Both the position numbers and the translations under genes were made by a program. Of a DNA stretch of 64,000 nt, positions 12,550 to 26,229 are shown piece after piece. The notes beneath the pieces were generated by a model. That model saw only the letters and a program-made list of their open reading frames with translations, did no database searches and was not told the origin of the DNA. Every line of letters begins with the position of its first letter. The first letter of the stretch is position 1. Source of the DNA: Raillietiella orientalis (Eukaryota); the NCBI GenBank assembly GCA_036172245.1, contig JAYWIR010000017.1, forward strand, positions 1,054,001 to 1,118,000, read 5' to 3'.

Positions 12550-13800
12550 CAATTATCAAGTGATCTGTGATTAAGTGGATCTTAACAACCAGTGTAACTT
12601 GTGGATCCCATCTTTTCATCAGAAACGATTCCATTTCCGAATCTCGAATGAAGCTGCAGTCCTAGTTCTGGGTATTGTAAAATGCATTTCTGCAGTTAGG
12701 TTCGGTTATTGTGCATTCTGGAGTATGGAGGTCAGTTGGGCGGGAAGATTGTTTGATCTAGTATGCAAGAAATCATTCCTCGAGAAGAAAGTTTCCGATA
12801 ATCAGGAGCAATTCCTTCAGATTACCGAGAGATCTTTCCTCGTGAATATTACAACATCTGTTTCCCTACTTCATTATTCCTCCGGCAGATCCCCTTGGCT
12901 TAGAATGAAGAGTCCTAATAAAAAACATCCGGTTCTCTACACCTTTTTGCATATAGCACTTTATCATAAGTCCAAGCAAGCAAAACTACTTAAAAGCGGA
13001 AATGAAGACATTAATAATAATAATAATAATAATAATTTTCGTTTGTTCAGTCTTTTAATATGGTTTTATCGAGGGGGGCTTCTACTGTTTTAAAAGGAAG
13101 TCTTCGGGAATCATGTCAAAGGATGATTGCTGAAAGTGTAGTTAGTGTCTGAATTGCTCCAGTCTGAGGAAGTCTTTGCCTAAGTAGGGATATTCTTTTT
13201 CTTCGATTGATATACTAGTAAAGATTCAAACGGTCATAGTAACAGTTATGGCATACATCAATCCAAAGCAAGTTATGGAGAGAAAGAAAATGCGATTGAA
13301 TTAATGAGGATCATGATGAACTGGCTGTCATCAGCATTTCCTAGAGTTTCCACGACTAAACAGAACGCGATCCTTTCCATCGCAGGTTCTGAAAGGAACG
13401 GACATTGTCCCCAAGGAAGATTACTCGACGAAAAAGTCATCCGTTCCTTTTGCTTATCGAAACACTGTTTTCTTTTGGAACCACCAGGTTTTCAGTTTCG
13501 GAAGCATTTTAGAAAGATCGGATGTAAATCCTAAGCGGATATACGATATCGCACTCGTTGGCTGCAATTCATGTTTGCATTTCTGTACGTTTTGCTTCGG
13601 ATAAAGAAATGTATTAGAGTATTCGCTCTTTGTCCGTGATGACGCAGACTTTCCTAAGCATTCACAAGCAAAGTGAGGAAACCACCCACGTCGTAGCATC
13701 CCGCTAGGACAAACAGATAAAAGCTGAAATCCAACAGACAGTTTGTATTTTGTTGACCCAGGAGGTTTTTCATATGGAGTAGGCATTTCTTAATAAGTCG
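12550..13800 (-). mobile_element. Decayed Ty1/Copia pol (integrase C-terminus to RT)
   Basis: TPYEKPPGSTKYKLS resembles Copia TPYExxxGxKPxxS; further along - are RT-like remnants such as LTAEMHFTIP (cf. LxEEVYMxQP); integrase precedes RT. Confidence 0.4.
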
Positions 13801-14249
13801 AAGAGGAATTGGAGATAGACAGACCAAGTCGCAAGGAAGGATGGTGCTGTTTTTTTTTTTTTTTTTTTTTCTAGGAACTTAAAGAACGGCTTGTCTTGCG
13901 TGCTTGTATAGCGCCCCGTACCTACATGTATGTACGTACGTGTGCATGGTTACGTCTAGATGAGGAATCAGAGTCTAGGGAATCGGAAAATTCCCTCCAC
14001 ATTAGTAGTCCATTCATAATTTGCTAACATCTTGAACAAGCCCTGAATTCTCACCTCTGAAGTCGGAATCATCCGTGAGTACGCGACGTCGGTGAATTCA
14101 CAGCGATCTCGAAAACGAACCCTGGGTAACGTGGGAAAAGGGATTTTTACGTTTCGGTCCCGGTGCACTTTGAGAGCAACGCGAATGATCAGGGCCTCCT
14201 TCCAGATGTTGTTAGGTGTGCAGTTGCAGCTGTACAACAAAGAACGTGA

Positions 14250-14900
14250 CTCGAGACCCCGCAGGAAGCATCTCTCTTCCTAAACAGGCCCAACTTTAGG
14301 TAAACAAAGGCGGTTGAGCTGGAAACCTGCAAACCAGAGAGACCAAGTGCTTTCGTGCTTGTTCAAAAGGCTGGTTGCCGGGATCGCTAAGAAGCCAAGC
14401 AGGAAACTCCATACGATGAAGAGGTACTCTCGTAAGCAATCCAGGAGAAGCAGACTGATCCAGGAATCAGCAACGAGTTTCGGAACTTCGAGGTCAGGAA
14501 GCAGTACATCAGCAGACTCAGAATTTTTAATTGGTCAATGGTAGATGAGGCTCCTGGAAATTGAATTAGAGTACTTACAGGGCGTTTCCAAGGATAGCAT
14601 TCTGCAACGCGGGAGTTCCGGTTGCCAGTTCCATGAATGGAACTTCTCAAATCGAAGAAAAAGAAAAAGAAAGCGATTGCGTTGATTTGCGATCAAGAAC
14701 TACATCTCCAGAAAGAATGCAAGTTTTATTCTTGTCGAAAAGCTCCCAGGTTGTCTGTCACTGGCCTACACCCGAGCCTGACCAAGCTAAGACGCATTCG
14801 TTCGTGTGAGGATTGCTAGGAAACTCCATACTCCAAGTTTCTCTAAAGAGTTTTGGTGCTTTTGGTGAAAGATCCTTGCTGAAATTGCTAGGATCTTAGG
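14250..14900 (+). mobile_element. Decayed Ty1/Copia RT fragment
   Basis: FKRLVAG (cf. KARLVA) followed by DSEFLIG (cf. DVxTAFLNG). Confidence 0.35.
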
Positions 14901-15039
14901 GCACCCCTTCGACCACTCTTCTGAAGCTGCAAAAAGCACAGGGAAATGAATCTAAAGAAACGCCGTCAAGCACCAAAGCGTTCGTGATCACGATACTTGA
15001 GTAGATGTACTGCAGGGCAGGGATGAAGAGCTGTCTGTC

Positions 15040-16553
15040 CTAAAGGCAAGCTGAGACAGTTGCCTACCGTCGTTCCCAGGCGAAGGGACTGTGTATGCGG
15101 TGGCGGGAGCTGTTGACTGTTGCTCCCGAAGGACTCGTGATTCCTCCTCTGTGCTGGAAAACTTCTGTGTTCCCCTTGAGGCGGAAACAGGACGTCCTGC
15201 TGCTTCTGTACTGGGGATTCAAGTGCTATCAGCACCTCGTTTCCCGGGGAGCTGGATCTCCAAACTGTTTCCAGGTGTGGGTGGGGTGGAGTCCGTCCGA
15301 TCCTGCTTTTGGACTGCGCTGACTTCGGCGAAATGTGACGGAGGCTGCCTTCGACTCATCTCCTTCAAAAGGACACTGCCAGTGACCTGCTGAGGCGATT
15401 CTTCGCGCGCGACGGACTGCCTTCAAGAGTAGCGATCGCAACGAGATGCTGCATCTGCGCCATTACCCTTGCTCAACCTAATATGGAGAAGCAAGCACAG
15501 CGAAGGAATTTCACCTGCATGGCGGTTTCCTACGTGAGGACAGCTGCTAGGTGGTCTCACCAGCAGCGTCTCCAGGGCAGATCTCCGGCGTCAAGCGCTG
15601 GCTTTAGAAGGTTTGTCTGATGACTTCTGGAAGATGGGGCCACCTTGCAGCCATTTTCATCAAAGAGACTGCCATGCTGGCGGCCTCCCTTCGCTGCGAG
15701 CGAGACTCCAACACACGCAATATGTTGCAGAAGCAGCAGATCGTTGCGATCACAGCCCTTCTTCACAGCGTTCCATCCAAAGGACTGGAACATTGGGGCG
15801 AACTCTTCTCTATTCAGCCCGAAGAGTTGAAAGTGTTCCCCGTGTTCCTAGACAAGAAGCTGCTTCCCCTCAAGTGGCAGCAATCGGCGCTGCTGGTACT
15901 GCACTGGGGTCTTCCGTGCAATGAGCGCCGGCACCACTGGACGAGGGAAAGCGCATCGCTGAACTGTGCCAGGTGTGGAGAGAAGGAGACTTTCCTTCAC
16001 CTCTCAATGCAGTGCTTCGCCCTCCGGGAATTGTGGGAACGTTTCTCTGCTTCCCTTCCGCATCCGTGGACGATCCCAGAGACTCTTCGAGGTCCCTCTT
16101 CGTGCGGGACGCCATGACGCCCTCACCCGCAATCGCAGAGCTGTGCTGCGTGCGCGGTGTCGTCGCGGCGAAGTGCAACTCCAAGGGGGGCCGGAGCGAC
16201 GGGGGGACTATCCTGCATGCCATCCGCTTCCTGCAGATAGCTTTGAGGTGGACCCACCTGGAAATGGAGAAGGAGAAGCTCGCCAGCATCCTTCAAAGGA
16301 TGCAAAGACCTCACTCACCACGAAATGTGATCCCTTCGGTTCCCTCCAACTAATTTTTGTTTTTTTATTGTTTTTTTTGGTTCCTTGTTATAGTTTGTTT
16401 TTTATATTTTTGTTTCATCCCCCTTCCCCTTCGTGGACGTAATGGACCTCTCCAGCTCCCCTCCTTCTTTCTAGTGTAACAATGGGAATTGGTGGGCCAT
16501 CGGCTCCATCGATTCCTGTAAGAGAATAAACACCCCGGCGCACCAGGGTGTGA
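15040..16553 (+). mobile_element. 5'-truncated L1/Tx1-like LINE (ORF2 C-terminus with CCHC finger, 3' UTR, hairpin end)
   Basis: LLVLHWGLPCNERRHHWTRESASLNCARCGEKETFLHLSMQC = C-x2-C-x7-H-x4-C; frameshift near 16090; T-rich UTR; AATAAA at 16525 then caccccggcgcaccagggtgtga. Confidence 0.85.
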
Positions 16554-16559
16554 AATCAC

Positions 16560-17040
16560 AGCCTGTCTTGAGTGAAGAAGCGCGGCAGCAAATCCGAAGT
16601 GGGGTATCGGATAGCGGCTGAAGTAGTGCCGGAGCGAGTCTCCGTCACGTCCTCCAGGGAGCTGCAGTCCAACAGGAGGTCCGGGAGCGACCCCATCATC
16701 GTGCCTTAAACAGTTCGGGTAGGAAAGCTTCTCCGGAAACCAGATGCCTGCTCTGACTGAACCGGAATCCACCTAGTGCACAAACAGCAGGACATCCCGT
16801 TTCCAACGGAGCGGGAACACGGAAGTGTCCGCATACAGAGAAGGGACCGCGGGTTCTTCGGGGGACACATCGGGCAGGTCGCTACACTCATGGATTCCCT
16901 TCGCTCAGAAACGAGGAGTGGCGCCACTCGTCTTGCAGCCGTCAAGGAGTCTCTGGACTCTAGCGATGTTGCAGGAGAACTCCCACCACTCCGGTTGGCT
17001 GCTGTTTGTCCTGAGTGCGGGCAGTGTCGCGGCAAGGGGT
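16560..17040 (-). mobile_element. Inverted fragment of the same LINE family
   Basis: 16780-16870 (aaacagcaggacatcccgtttcc..ggaacacggaag) is similar to the reverse complement of 15130-15205. Confidence 0.6.
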
Positions 17041-17109
17041 GTGACGGCTATCCGGGAGGTTTTGGAAGGAAGGAAGGAATGAACGAAACCAAACCCTTTA
17101 CTTCTGTCC

Positions 17110-17156
17110 TCCCTCGCCTTTATTTATTCATTTATTGAATAAATAAAGGCGAGGGA
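17110..17156. repeat. Perfect 21-bp inverted repeat with 5-nt loop
   Basis: tccctcgcctttatttattca (17110-17130) / tgaataaataaaggcgaggga (17136-17156). Confidence 0.95.
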
Positions 17157-17949
17157 CCAGACCGACCTGCATGCCGGCGGACTTTCCCCTTGAAAAATAA
17201 AGGAACGAGTGATAAATCGCAACACTTGAGGTCATGTAAAGGAGTATCTCGTTATCTTCTGCGTCCCCATCTCAGAGTCCGTTTCTCATCGACGAAGAGG
17301 CGTGCCCGATGCATTGAAAAGGGCACAAAAGGACTCGAGGAAGCGTTCCGAAAGGAAAGGAGACACGTCATCATGTTTCTATTCCAGCTGGGTTAGCAGC
17401 CGGGACTGCGAAGGTCCATCAGTGATAGGGAAGTTGTAATCAAGTAAGTGGATCCTTGAATCTAAAGTGATTCCTGAGATAGCAACGACGATTGCTGTTC
17501 TTCCTTTTCCAGGGCAGGAGAAGCGTGTGTGGAAGAAAAACGTCCCTGAATTCGAAGGTGAACCAGCCTCCGGGATCGTACTCCACTTAGCGAATTCCTA
17601 GCAGCAGTCTTGAATCGAGATTGGAATGGAGAACGGAAACGAAATTCAGGGATTTCAAAACGGAAATATTTAGATTAAGTGGTAAACTCAAATCGAGAGC
17701 AATTTGGTGATCCTGAGCGCTTTCTCGATAGGATGAGGCAGGTTTGAGAATCTGTAGATATGAAGAGTTCTGGGAAAGTTCATCGTTCGGATCTGCTCTG
17801 CCTTTGTTCCGGACTGGATCAGAAGATGAATTCCTATTGCTAACCCGCTCATCTTTCGCTATTGTTCCCGTCCAGATGATTCATTATGCTGTTATGGATT
17901 CCTGAGGGAAAGAAGCGATATTTTGGAAACAGCAGAGTCATCACATTTT

Positions 17950-18900
17950 TCACGTGGCACATGAATACATTTCCTTGAAGTTAATGAGTGTTCACAGATG
18001 ACCTCCCTATCCAGTGCTCAAATATTGCATTCACGCAACTACCAGCGTTATCATGCACGTTCGATTGGGTCAAAAATTTGAAACCCATCCAGAAACCTGC
18101 GATCAGAAGGAACGAAAGCTTGTTTTCCTTTCTTTTCCCTTTTCTTTTCTTTTTTTCCTCATTTTTTTCATCCACTTGCTCGAAAGGAAGTGAGAAATTC
18201 ACCAAATGAAGTGCACGTATCGAACGTTCTCTGGATAGATGCGAATCCTGTTGCCAGCCATCGAGGTATTTACAGTCTCTCTCGATATCATTTTTTTTCT
18301 CCTGAAAATGTGAATACCAGGTCTTATCCGGAAGCTGGAAATAGGTCAGCGAAGAAGCTAACTTTTTAGAACCTTGCATCTACTGGCATGGATCGTGATG
18401 GTTTTCTCACTATAGTGATAATCGCAGCACCTCTTATTTCGTATGCAGTAACCACATTGGCACCATTTCGGCATTTTTTCATCTCGAGAAAAGAACTGTT
18501 CCGTAGTTTAAATCCCAATGATTTCCTCGCGACTCCGAGATTGGCTCTGTAGCGGAAATCAGCATTGGAATTTGATCCAGTTTCCCCATAATAAGGATTT
18601 CGTACAAACAACGCTGAAAGATTAATACAAACCCTTGCTAATGACAGAGTGTGTATCTTCCTGCCAAGATCAAGTAAAACAGTAAGGATCACCATAAAGT
18701 TGTTCTCGCAAGAGAAGATGGAGATAATATCAGGAGTGATCGTTTGGTGCTGAGTAAAAGGCAGAGGAGTAGAAATCGCAAGGCAAGCGATTAAAGAACG
18801 GTTCCAATATGTGAAGGTTTTGCATCTTCTGGGCACGAAAACCTCTCGCTCTTTTCACCGAGTGCATTTCTTCATACGACCAAGAGAGACTTTCGCGGAA
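17950..18900 (-). mobile_element. Decayed Ty3/Gypsy RNase H-integrase remnant
   Basis: LIACLAISTPLPF (cf. LxxAPVL), FRYRANLGVARKSL (cf. IxYxPGxxNxxADxLS), KNDIERDCKYLDGWQQ (cf. DIxxxCxxCxxCQ). Confidence 0.4.
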
Positions 18901-20829
18901 ATTCCCCGTGAAGCCATGTTTGCGCAAGATTCTCTTTTCCAGGAAGTTTTTGACTGCCTTTGATTATCTGGTTCCCGTTTCGTAATTTCGACTTGATATT
19001 TCGTTCCTGTGTCCTTAATGGGTCTGTTTGTTTTCTCTTATCATCGTTTTCACGATCCGACGCGCACTTCATGGATCTCAACTGCATCCCAGGCGGTCTC
19101 ACTGAAACTGGCATTTAATCTCTGTCTTTTTCGAGAAGGGAAATGTGAAACAGGAAGATCATCGAACTCTTGAGCGACCACTTCAAAGAGGGCTCCATGA
19201 AAGCTGACTTTAATCATTTGTTCCTTCGTCGCTACTTATCTATCAGTGGTTCCTCCCTGTTAGTTTACGCGCACAATCTGATGCTTTTCATTCAGCTTCA
19301 CTGATGTCTCCTCCCACTTTTCTCTTGTGAAACTTCAGAAAGTGTTGCGCCTGAGCATACATTAGAGTCCTCTGGTTTCTCTCCTGTGTTCTCAACACAA
19401 GGATGTGTTCTAAGTATGTGTTTTCAGCCACGTCTTCCATGAGGAAACTTTCTTGACGTAATCCTTCTTGACAATTCATCTTTAGGGATTTCGATCAGGA
19501 TGTGATGCGATGCATCCCTTCAGGATGTTTATTTATTTTTCATTTTTTTTCGCTTCATGATCCAATGATGGTTCCTCCTACGAGGAGGTTTCTCCTAGAA
19601 GAAATTTCCATACAGAACCAGGATCGGCATGTCCCTGGAAGATCGGATGGGATCTGAGGGAGTAGGGAAACGGAACTCAAAAACGGATAAGGTGAAAAGG
19701 GGGAGCACCCAGATAGCATCCGCATATCAGAAGAGCTCTTAACTATTGAAGGAAGAAGAAGAAAGCTGTGTCAGTCGGAATCTCAAGTTACAATCAATGG
19801 TCTATGAGCCAAATTGCAGATCCATGTACCGGAAAGATTTCCATGGAGTTTCCAGAAAGTTCTGCACCTGTAAATTTGTTCTCTTATTTGCCTTATCCAA
19901 ATTTTTCAAGACACTGGATGATGAAACTTGTAGTTTCGATAATGGTAAGTTCTCAAGGAGTGCCTTCACGCTGCTGGTCTCAAAGCTTTTGTCTTGAAGC
20001 AGTCAAGTTTGTCTTACCTTCGTGAGGACCCCTTGTTGACCAAGTGAAATACATCAAATAGGAAGCCATGATTAATTCTATTAAGCAAAGTGCGATCTCC
20101 CTTTTTTCCATGGAGGAACATAATCCCTTTACCGAATGAACTCCGCTTCTCTGGAGGCTTTTATCAGTCATCCGTCTTTATTAGCTAGCATCACCGTTTC
20201 CCTTCCATGTCCTCATTTTTCTTTCCATCAGAATCAGCCCCATTTCTCGAATCTGACAAATAGCTTGAATTTTTAGGCTGTTAGCAATATGCTGCTGTTA
20301 TCTTTCATTCACGTGATCAGGAACTCCCATCTGTTAAAAATTTATTTTTGCCAAACTTCAGTGTCTGCTCTTACAAACTTGGATGCAAGTCAGTGACTTG
20401 GATACCTTTCATGATTCCTGACAACACCTGACTAGGTTTTCATCAAGCCCTCTGCAATGACCACATTATTTATGCACGCATAACTATCACATCTTCAGTA
20501 ATGTGATTAATAGAGCTTAGCGAGACGTGAGATACAGCACACGTTTGACTTGAAAAACATTTGTTTCTGTCAAATTCCTCAGTCTGCCCAAAACACCAAG
20601 AGAGCCATTCTCAAAGCATCCATACTGAAATCCCTTGGGCTGCAACTTGAGATTCGTTGGGTTCAGATGGATGCGAAGATTTTCAAGGTTCGTTTCATGT
20701 CCGTTCTACAGAAATTCACGGCGATAATTTTAGTCTTCGCTGTTGTTGCTTCCGTAAATGATGATGGATCACATCGATGGAATTCGTCCTATTCAGGGAT
20801 TTCCTAAAAGATATTAATGTGCTCCCATG

Positions 20830-22460
20830 AAGGAACTCACGACATCAACCAGGGTGTTCAAGAGTTGCTATTCCCTCCTTATTGTGAGCATCAAATCATA
20901 ACATGATTTTGAGAGAACCGCGGGTTTATGCTGCAGCCCATCAGTTCCAGAATTCGTGAAACGTGCAGACACAGAACCAGAGTCTGAATTTTGAGCATTG
21001 CACTAAGGAGCTGGAGCACGCTCGGTTAGTAAGTAACGAGATCCCTCTTGAAGATCACGTGATAGAGTTATGGGAAGCCCATATTCCAAAATAGCGAAGG
21101 AGAACACAAAAACTCAGGTGGTAGGATAACGCAAGACGCGGCGCATCACATCACGAATCTTTGGGAGAGCTGAGATCTCGTACCAGGATGTCACTTGGGT
21201 GCTTGAAAGTGTGAAATTTGAATTAAACAGATACTCCGCTGAGTGCGCAGCCACTGATTCCAGTGGAACATGCATAGGAGACACTAGTTTAACAATAGTA
21301 ACACTAATAAGAGTGATAAAGGAGGGGGTCTGATTTAAAGCGAGAGTTGCAGCGACCTTTGAGTCAACTGAGTTCACCCAAATATTCATCCCTTTAGACA
21401 GCATCTCAGATTAATGTGGCACCAGTGGTCAATCCTTTCAACGAATAATAGAGCAAATCTTTCATCGATCCTGGTTGCAGCTTCTTTTTTTTCAAGAGAG
21501 AGCAGGTCAGAAGTACAACCTGCAGACTGTTCATCGAAGTGAAGACATGGATGGCTCCATGGTAAATGAGGACACAATGAAAAATGCAAATGGTCAAGTC
21601 TTGGGGTTGTCTCCGATTTGTCGTGGGCTTCGTAGAAAGTTAACGGACGGTGGATTCCTGGTGAGGGATTGCTCTTTGAGTGCATGGCTTCGATGGTCTC
21701 CTCTTAGAGCATTCAGCATGCCGTTTTCCTTTTGACAGACGCAGATGCGTAGCTGGATTGGAGGACAGAGCCAACACCAGTCAGTTGCCGCAGAATATCC
21801 TCGTGCTAGGACCGAGGCTTGTGAGTGTTATAGAGCCGTCCACAACCGATATCCTGATGGCACCCCGCCAATTTTCCCGCGGAATGAGCCGAATGGATGG
21901 AATCGATCCCATTTTGTCGATCATAGTTTAGGAGTTCCTGAGCACAAACACGGAGTCCGAGGCGTCAGGAGAATTACGGGACTGACGCAAGCTAGGTTCC
22001 CCACTTGGAGAGGGATGCCTGCCAGCGGCTGTGCAGATGCTCGGTTTGCTGACTCGATTCGCAAGAGATTGACCTAGGGAAAGGTAAAAATTCTGTTCCT
22101 CTCGAAGCTGGACAGCTTTCGGCATAACGGGACAGCTTGGTTGGGCTTGTAGTATGCTTCCTCGAAGGGCAGCCCAAATGGTGCAAAAATGTGGAAAAGG
22201 TGGTGTGGGAGCGATAACGAAATCCAGCCGTTGATTGCTCTCAGATATACCCTTATTTAAGCGAAGCATCGTGACTGTTTTTTAAAGGAATGTTCCTTTC
22301 AGGTTCCTGGGAGCCTCCAGAAGCTTCTCTCTTGAACTTCCCGATCAGCACAGGTGATCATGACATGAAGCCACGTCGCTTCCACGGATTAAGAAGCCAG
22401 GAATGCTCCTTAACCGATTTCTCTAGAAGACGCGCTCACTTAGGAAATGGCGTGATAAAT
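20830..22460 (+). mobile_element. Decayed Ty3/Gypsy pol (RT-RNase H-integrase)
   Basis: GQSFQRIIEQI (cf. AQTFQRFMDxV), TDADA..IGG (cf. TDAS..IGAVL), YRAVHN (cf. YxAVKHF); many stops and frameshifts. Confidence 0.55.
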
Positions 22461-23969
22461 GAAATTTGAAGTCACCAGGATGACAGTGTTCATTTGATCT
22501 GTCTCTCTTTTTCTCTCTCATGGAAAACTTTCATTCTTTTTGATGAGCCACTTTTTGGAAGGGATACTCGAATCATGAAGACAAGCTTGGTTTTGGATTC
22601 TTCTTGTCTATCTGTTTGTTCGTTTTACCTTCTTGTTGCTTTTGGCTTCGCCTCTCAGCTAAACGTTGCTTCTTCTCCAGCTCGACAAGTTTTTCATTTT
22701 CTTCCTCAGTCCATCGCTCGTCTTGAATTCATTCTTCGAACGAGAAATTTTCAATCCATCTCATCAAGATGGTCGTTGACCGGGTTTTGCAATGAATCAT
22801 CCAAGTTCCTTTCCAAGAAGACCAACTCGAGGTATCCACTGGCCGCAGACAAGATCTGATTTCACGGGGATGTCCCCAAAACTGCAATCGTTAGGATGGT
22901 TGCCAGCGTTCCGGAATTCTGTGGATCCAGTAATCGGTCCGGGAATCTACTGAAGGACGAACGTAGTCATCAAAGGGATGAAAATACAGAGAATTTCGGA
23001 TACTCGGATGCGAGCGAGAGAAACGAATGCATCCGAGACCAGTCACCAGATGTCCTTGTGCACATTATGAGCATCCAGATCTCCAAAATGATGTACCACG
23101 CTCAGTTATTGGGAATATTCTTGCCTGAACCATTCTATCCCAAAGACGCAGAATTACTTTACTATGTGATCACTGTAGAGCATCAGGAAAAGATCTTATG
23201 AAACGTGCTACGATTCCATATTCTACAGAAACCAAGGAACTATAGACAGAGACAACTTACTCTCGGATGAGTACACCCCTATCGATGTATACTGAATAAA
23301 TTTACTTATTGGATCATTGTTCACTCAAATCCTGCATCTGGCTAGGTACATCACATTTACAATGATATGTTTGAGAGAGAATACTTTTGATAATACTTTT
23401 TGATTTATGGATACTGTATGTGTTTGAAACATTAATAAATACAGAATGTTCTAGGAAATGGTTCGGATTCTTCGAAGCGAGGAATCAAGAAAGAGTCTAC
23501 GTACCGTATCTATAGGCAGGTTTTCGAATAATCAAATGATGGAAGATTCGGGAATCTCAATAATATGAATCTTGTAGGGGGTGCTTCGCTACATCAGCGA
23601 CTTCGAACTCTCGCAAGGAGCCGAAGTCATCACGAACTCCAAGGAACTTCAGTAAGTGCTTTCAATGATTTGCAGGTGAAATTCTAGTTTTTAGGTCTCT
23701 CAGTGTTGGTCACGAGAGAGCCATTTTAGGAACAGTGAGGAAGGACACGAATGAACTGGAGTAGAACTGGGTGCAGTTGGTTCAGATGAACGATTCAGCA
23801 TATGCAAAGCCAGGTAAACGTAACCGGAGCGCAGCTCACTGGAGAGTATCAAGAATTATAAGGATGAATGGAAATGTACATTTTTAAGCAGATCGAATAG
23901 ATGAATCATGATCATTCGGCAGGATGATGCTGGTTAGCCCACGGGCTTCTCGTGCGGAATTGGAAGAAA

Positions 23970-24380
23970 CCGGATGCTCCCGTTGACCGGCCGGGATTGG
24001 AGGTCGACATTACGGGGTCCTCCCGGGAATCAAGGAGCCGGTTGCCTTATGAAAACGGAAGTTGTAAAAATGGAGCCGTATCCCCCCCCTTCCCTCGAAG
24101 GGGGATCCTCCATCGCATAGCATGGAGCTGGCTGATATCCTCCCTCCTCGGGTGCCTCCCCGCAGTGTGAGAAGTGCACTGCTCCCTTCGGAGAACCCTT
24201 CATTATTCCAACGCATTCCAATGCATTGACAATAATCACAGAAGAGATGTGATTTTTCAGCCACAGAAGAGTCTTCCATCACCCCGCCCAGGTCCATGTC
24301 GGTCTCCCCTGAGTCGTCTCCAATTTGGGCAGACGGAAGAGGTGTTCAGAGATCATATGTCTTCCGGGCCGGAATTGGCA
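23970..24380 (-). mobile_element. Old LINE zf-RVT remnant
   Basis: LWLKNHISSVIIVNALEC...HFSHCGEAPE parallels LKWQQSALLVLHWGLPC...CARCGEKE of the younger copies. Confidence 0.4.
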
Positions 24381-25694
24381 TGAGAAAAAGAAAACTTTCG
24401 AAGATGAAGATTGTGCATGTATTTTTTTTTTGTTATTGTATTTCGATTAAATGGATGTAGCTTTTCAGACCTGTGAATTTCATGAGAATACATTAAAGTG
24501 TTGAGGACTGAAGAATCCCTCAAGCCTCTTCTCTCCTTTCAGGCTTGAACATCGCTTCTCGTTTCCTAGTACGTGTCAAACACTCCATCATCTGATATAT
24601 CCGTCTGTCACGGACAGAGGACAAAAACATTCTAGCCAGCAGCCGAAGTTGGATGCTGTCTGATTGATGCGCAGAATGCGAAAGCAACATCAGAAATATT
24701 CAGAAACACACGTCAATGATGCTGTCTGCCGAAAGTTTACCTGAAGACGCGAGAGCCATCCAGTCCTGCTTCGGTGCCCCAGCAAGTGGATCCCGAAAGA
24801 CAGGTTTTATGCCTGGTCTAAATAGAAAGGTCAGAATGTCTTCCTTGCCGTAGGGGGAGCACTGATTTGCATGCATTCCTCTTTTCGAGGATCAAGGTGC
24901 ACAATGAAAAAGGGAAATGAGCATCCTAGGTAAAGAGCTGAGGGAGAAAAAGGAGTGTGTGCGAGGAAGGGATGCATGGATGGGCCACCTCAAGAAAACG
25001 GGTCGTGCAGCTCGTGGAATTCTCTCGGCACGAAGTCTGGTGGATTTCACGGCGGGAAAGATGTGCGGCAGACGAACGTGCGGGAAAGACACGAGGAGTT
25101 AGAAAGGAATGGTAAGCAGCTTCTCGACCGGAAGCGGAAGACTCTGGCCGTTGGGAAAGATGGGCTCTGTCAACACGGAAGAAGAGTGGTGTGTGCACCG
25201 GTGACTCCATCGCAACATTGATCACGAATTCCTCTTCCCGGATGCGCTCGCGGCACCACCTTCAGTGAGCAGAGAGCGAAGTGCTGCTGTGCACATTCGT
25301 CTCGACCAGTTTGGCACTGAGTCTAGGCAGGTGAGTCGGGGAGATGGGAGTGGAGGAAGGTGAAAATGGCTGCACATTGACGCTCGCTTGTCTCTCGGAC
25401 AAATGGTTCCTTCCTGGGTAACGAGCGAGCGCCTAGCAACTATTTTGTTTCCATTCTCTTCCCGATACGTTTCATAAATATAAGCTGCGTAGGCAGGTGT
25501 GTCTGTCTGCCTGCAGTGCAGTCTTCTCCTTTCCTCCTCTACATCCCTGGTCACCAGCTCTTAAATCTCTGAATGCGACAAAAAAAGAGCCTGGGACACG
25601 GATCTTCAAATTTATGAAACGGGTGGAAGACAAGAGCTTATGAATTCCATGTGGACGTGGACCGCAGAAATTCCAGAAAAGCGGACGGTTGATT

Positions 25695-26170
25695 TGTCAC
25701 CCGGTCACGCCCGGACGTTTATTTAAAAAAAAAATAAACATACATGTGTGGGACATCAGCCCTATGTTGTCCGAAAATGCTCAGAATCTGCCGAGTAACC
25801 GGCACGCAGGCCGGCGAAGTCCGCCTCGGCAGCGGAGAGGGAAAGGGTAAACAAAAATAAAAATAAAATAAAAATCGATAAAAAAAAACTCTGGTGGGCA
25901 CGGGAAGGGATCAAATTCCTCTGGAGGCCGTCCTCTGCATCCTTTCCAGGATGCCGGCAAGTTCCATCCGAGTATGTCCCAGGTGAGGCCATCAAGCTGC
26001 CGTCCTCATGGAGCTCAGGGCGAAGCAGATGGCGTCCTTATTGAGCCGTCCTCCTGTCGCGTAGCTCCAGGCCGCCATAATCCCTCTTAGGCAAAAAGAA
26101 CTGCTAGGGATGCAGCAGGCGAAAGGGCATCGCGCACGAAGAGGTGCTTCGTCACGTCCCTGGGATGTCC
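25695..26170 (-). mobile_element. LINE 3' end (diverged subfamily copy)
   Basis: On -: KHLFVRDALSPAASLAVLF..., then cttgccggcatcctggaaaggatgcagaggacggcc, T-rich UTR, AATAAA and hairpin terminus at 25723-25695. Confidence 0.85.
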
Positions 26171-26229
26171 GTCAGTGCACCAAGAGCCGTTGCAACCACA
26201 GGGGCAGGAGGACCACAGTTTCCGAGCAG

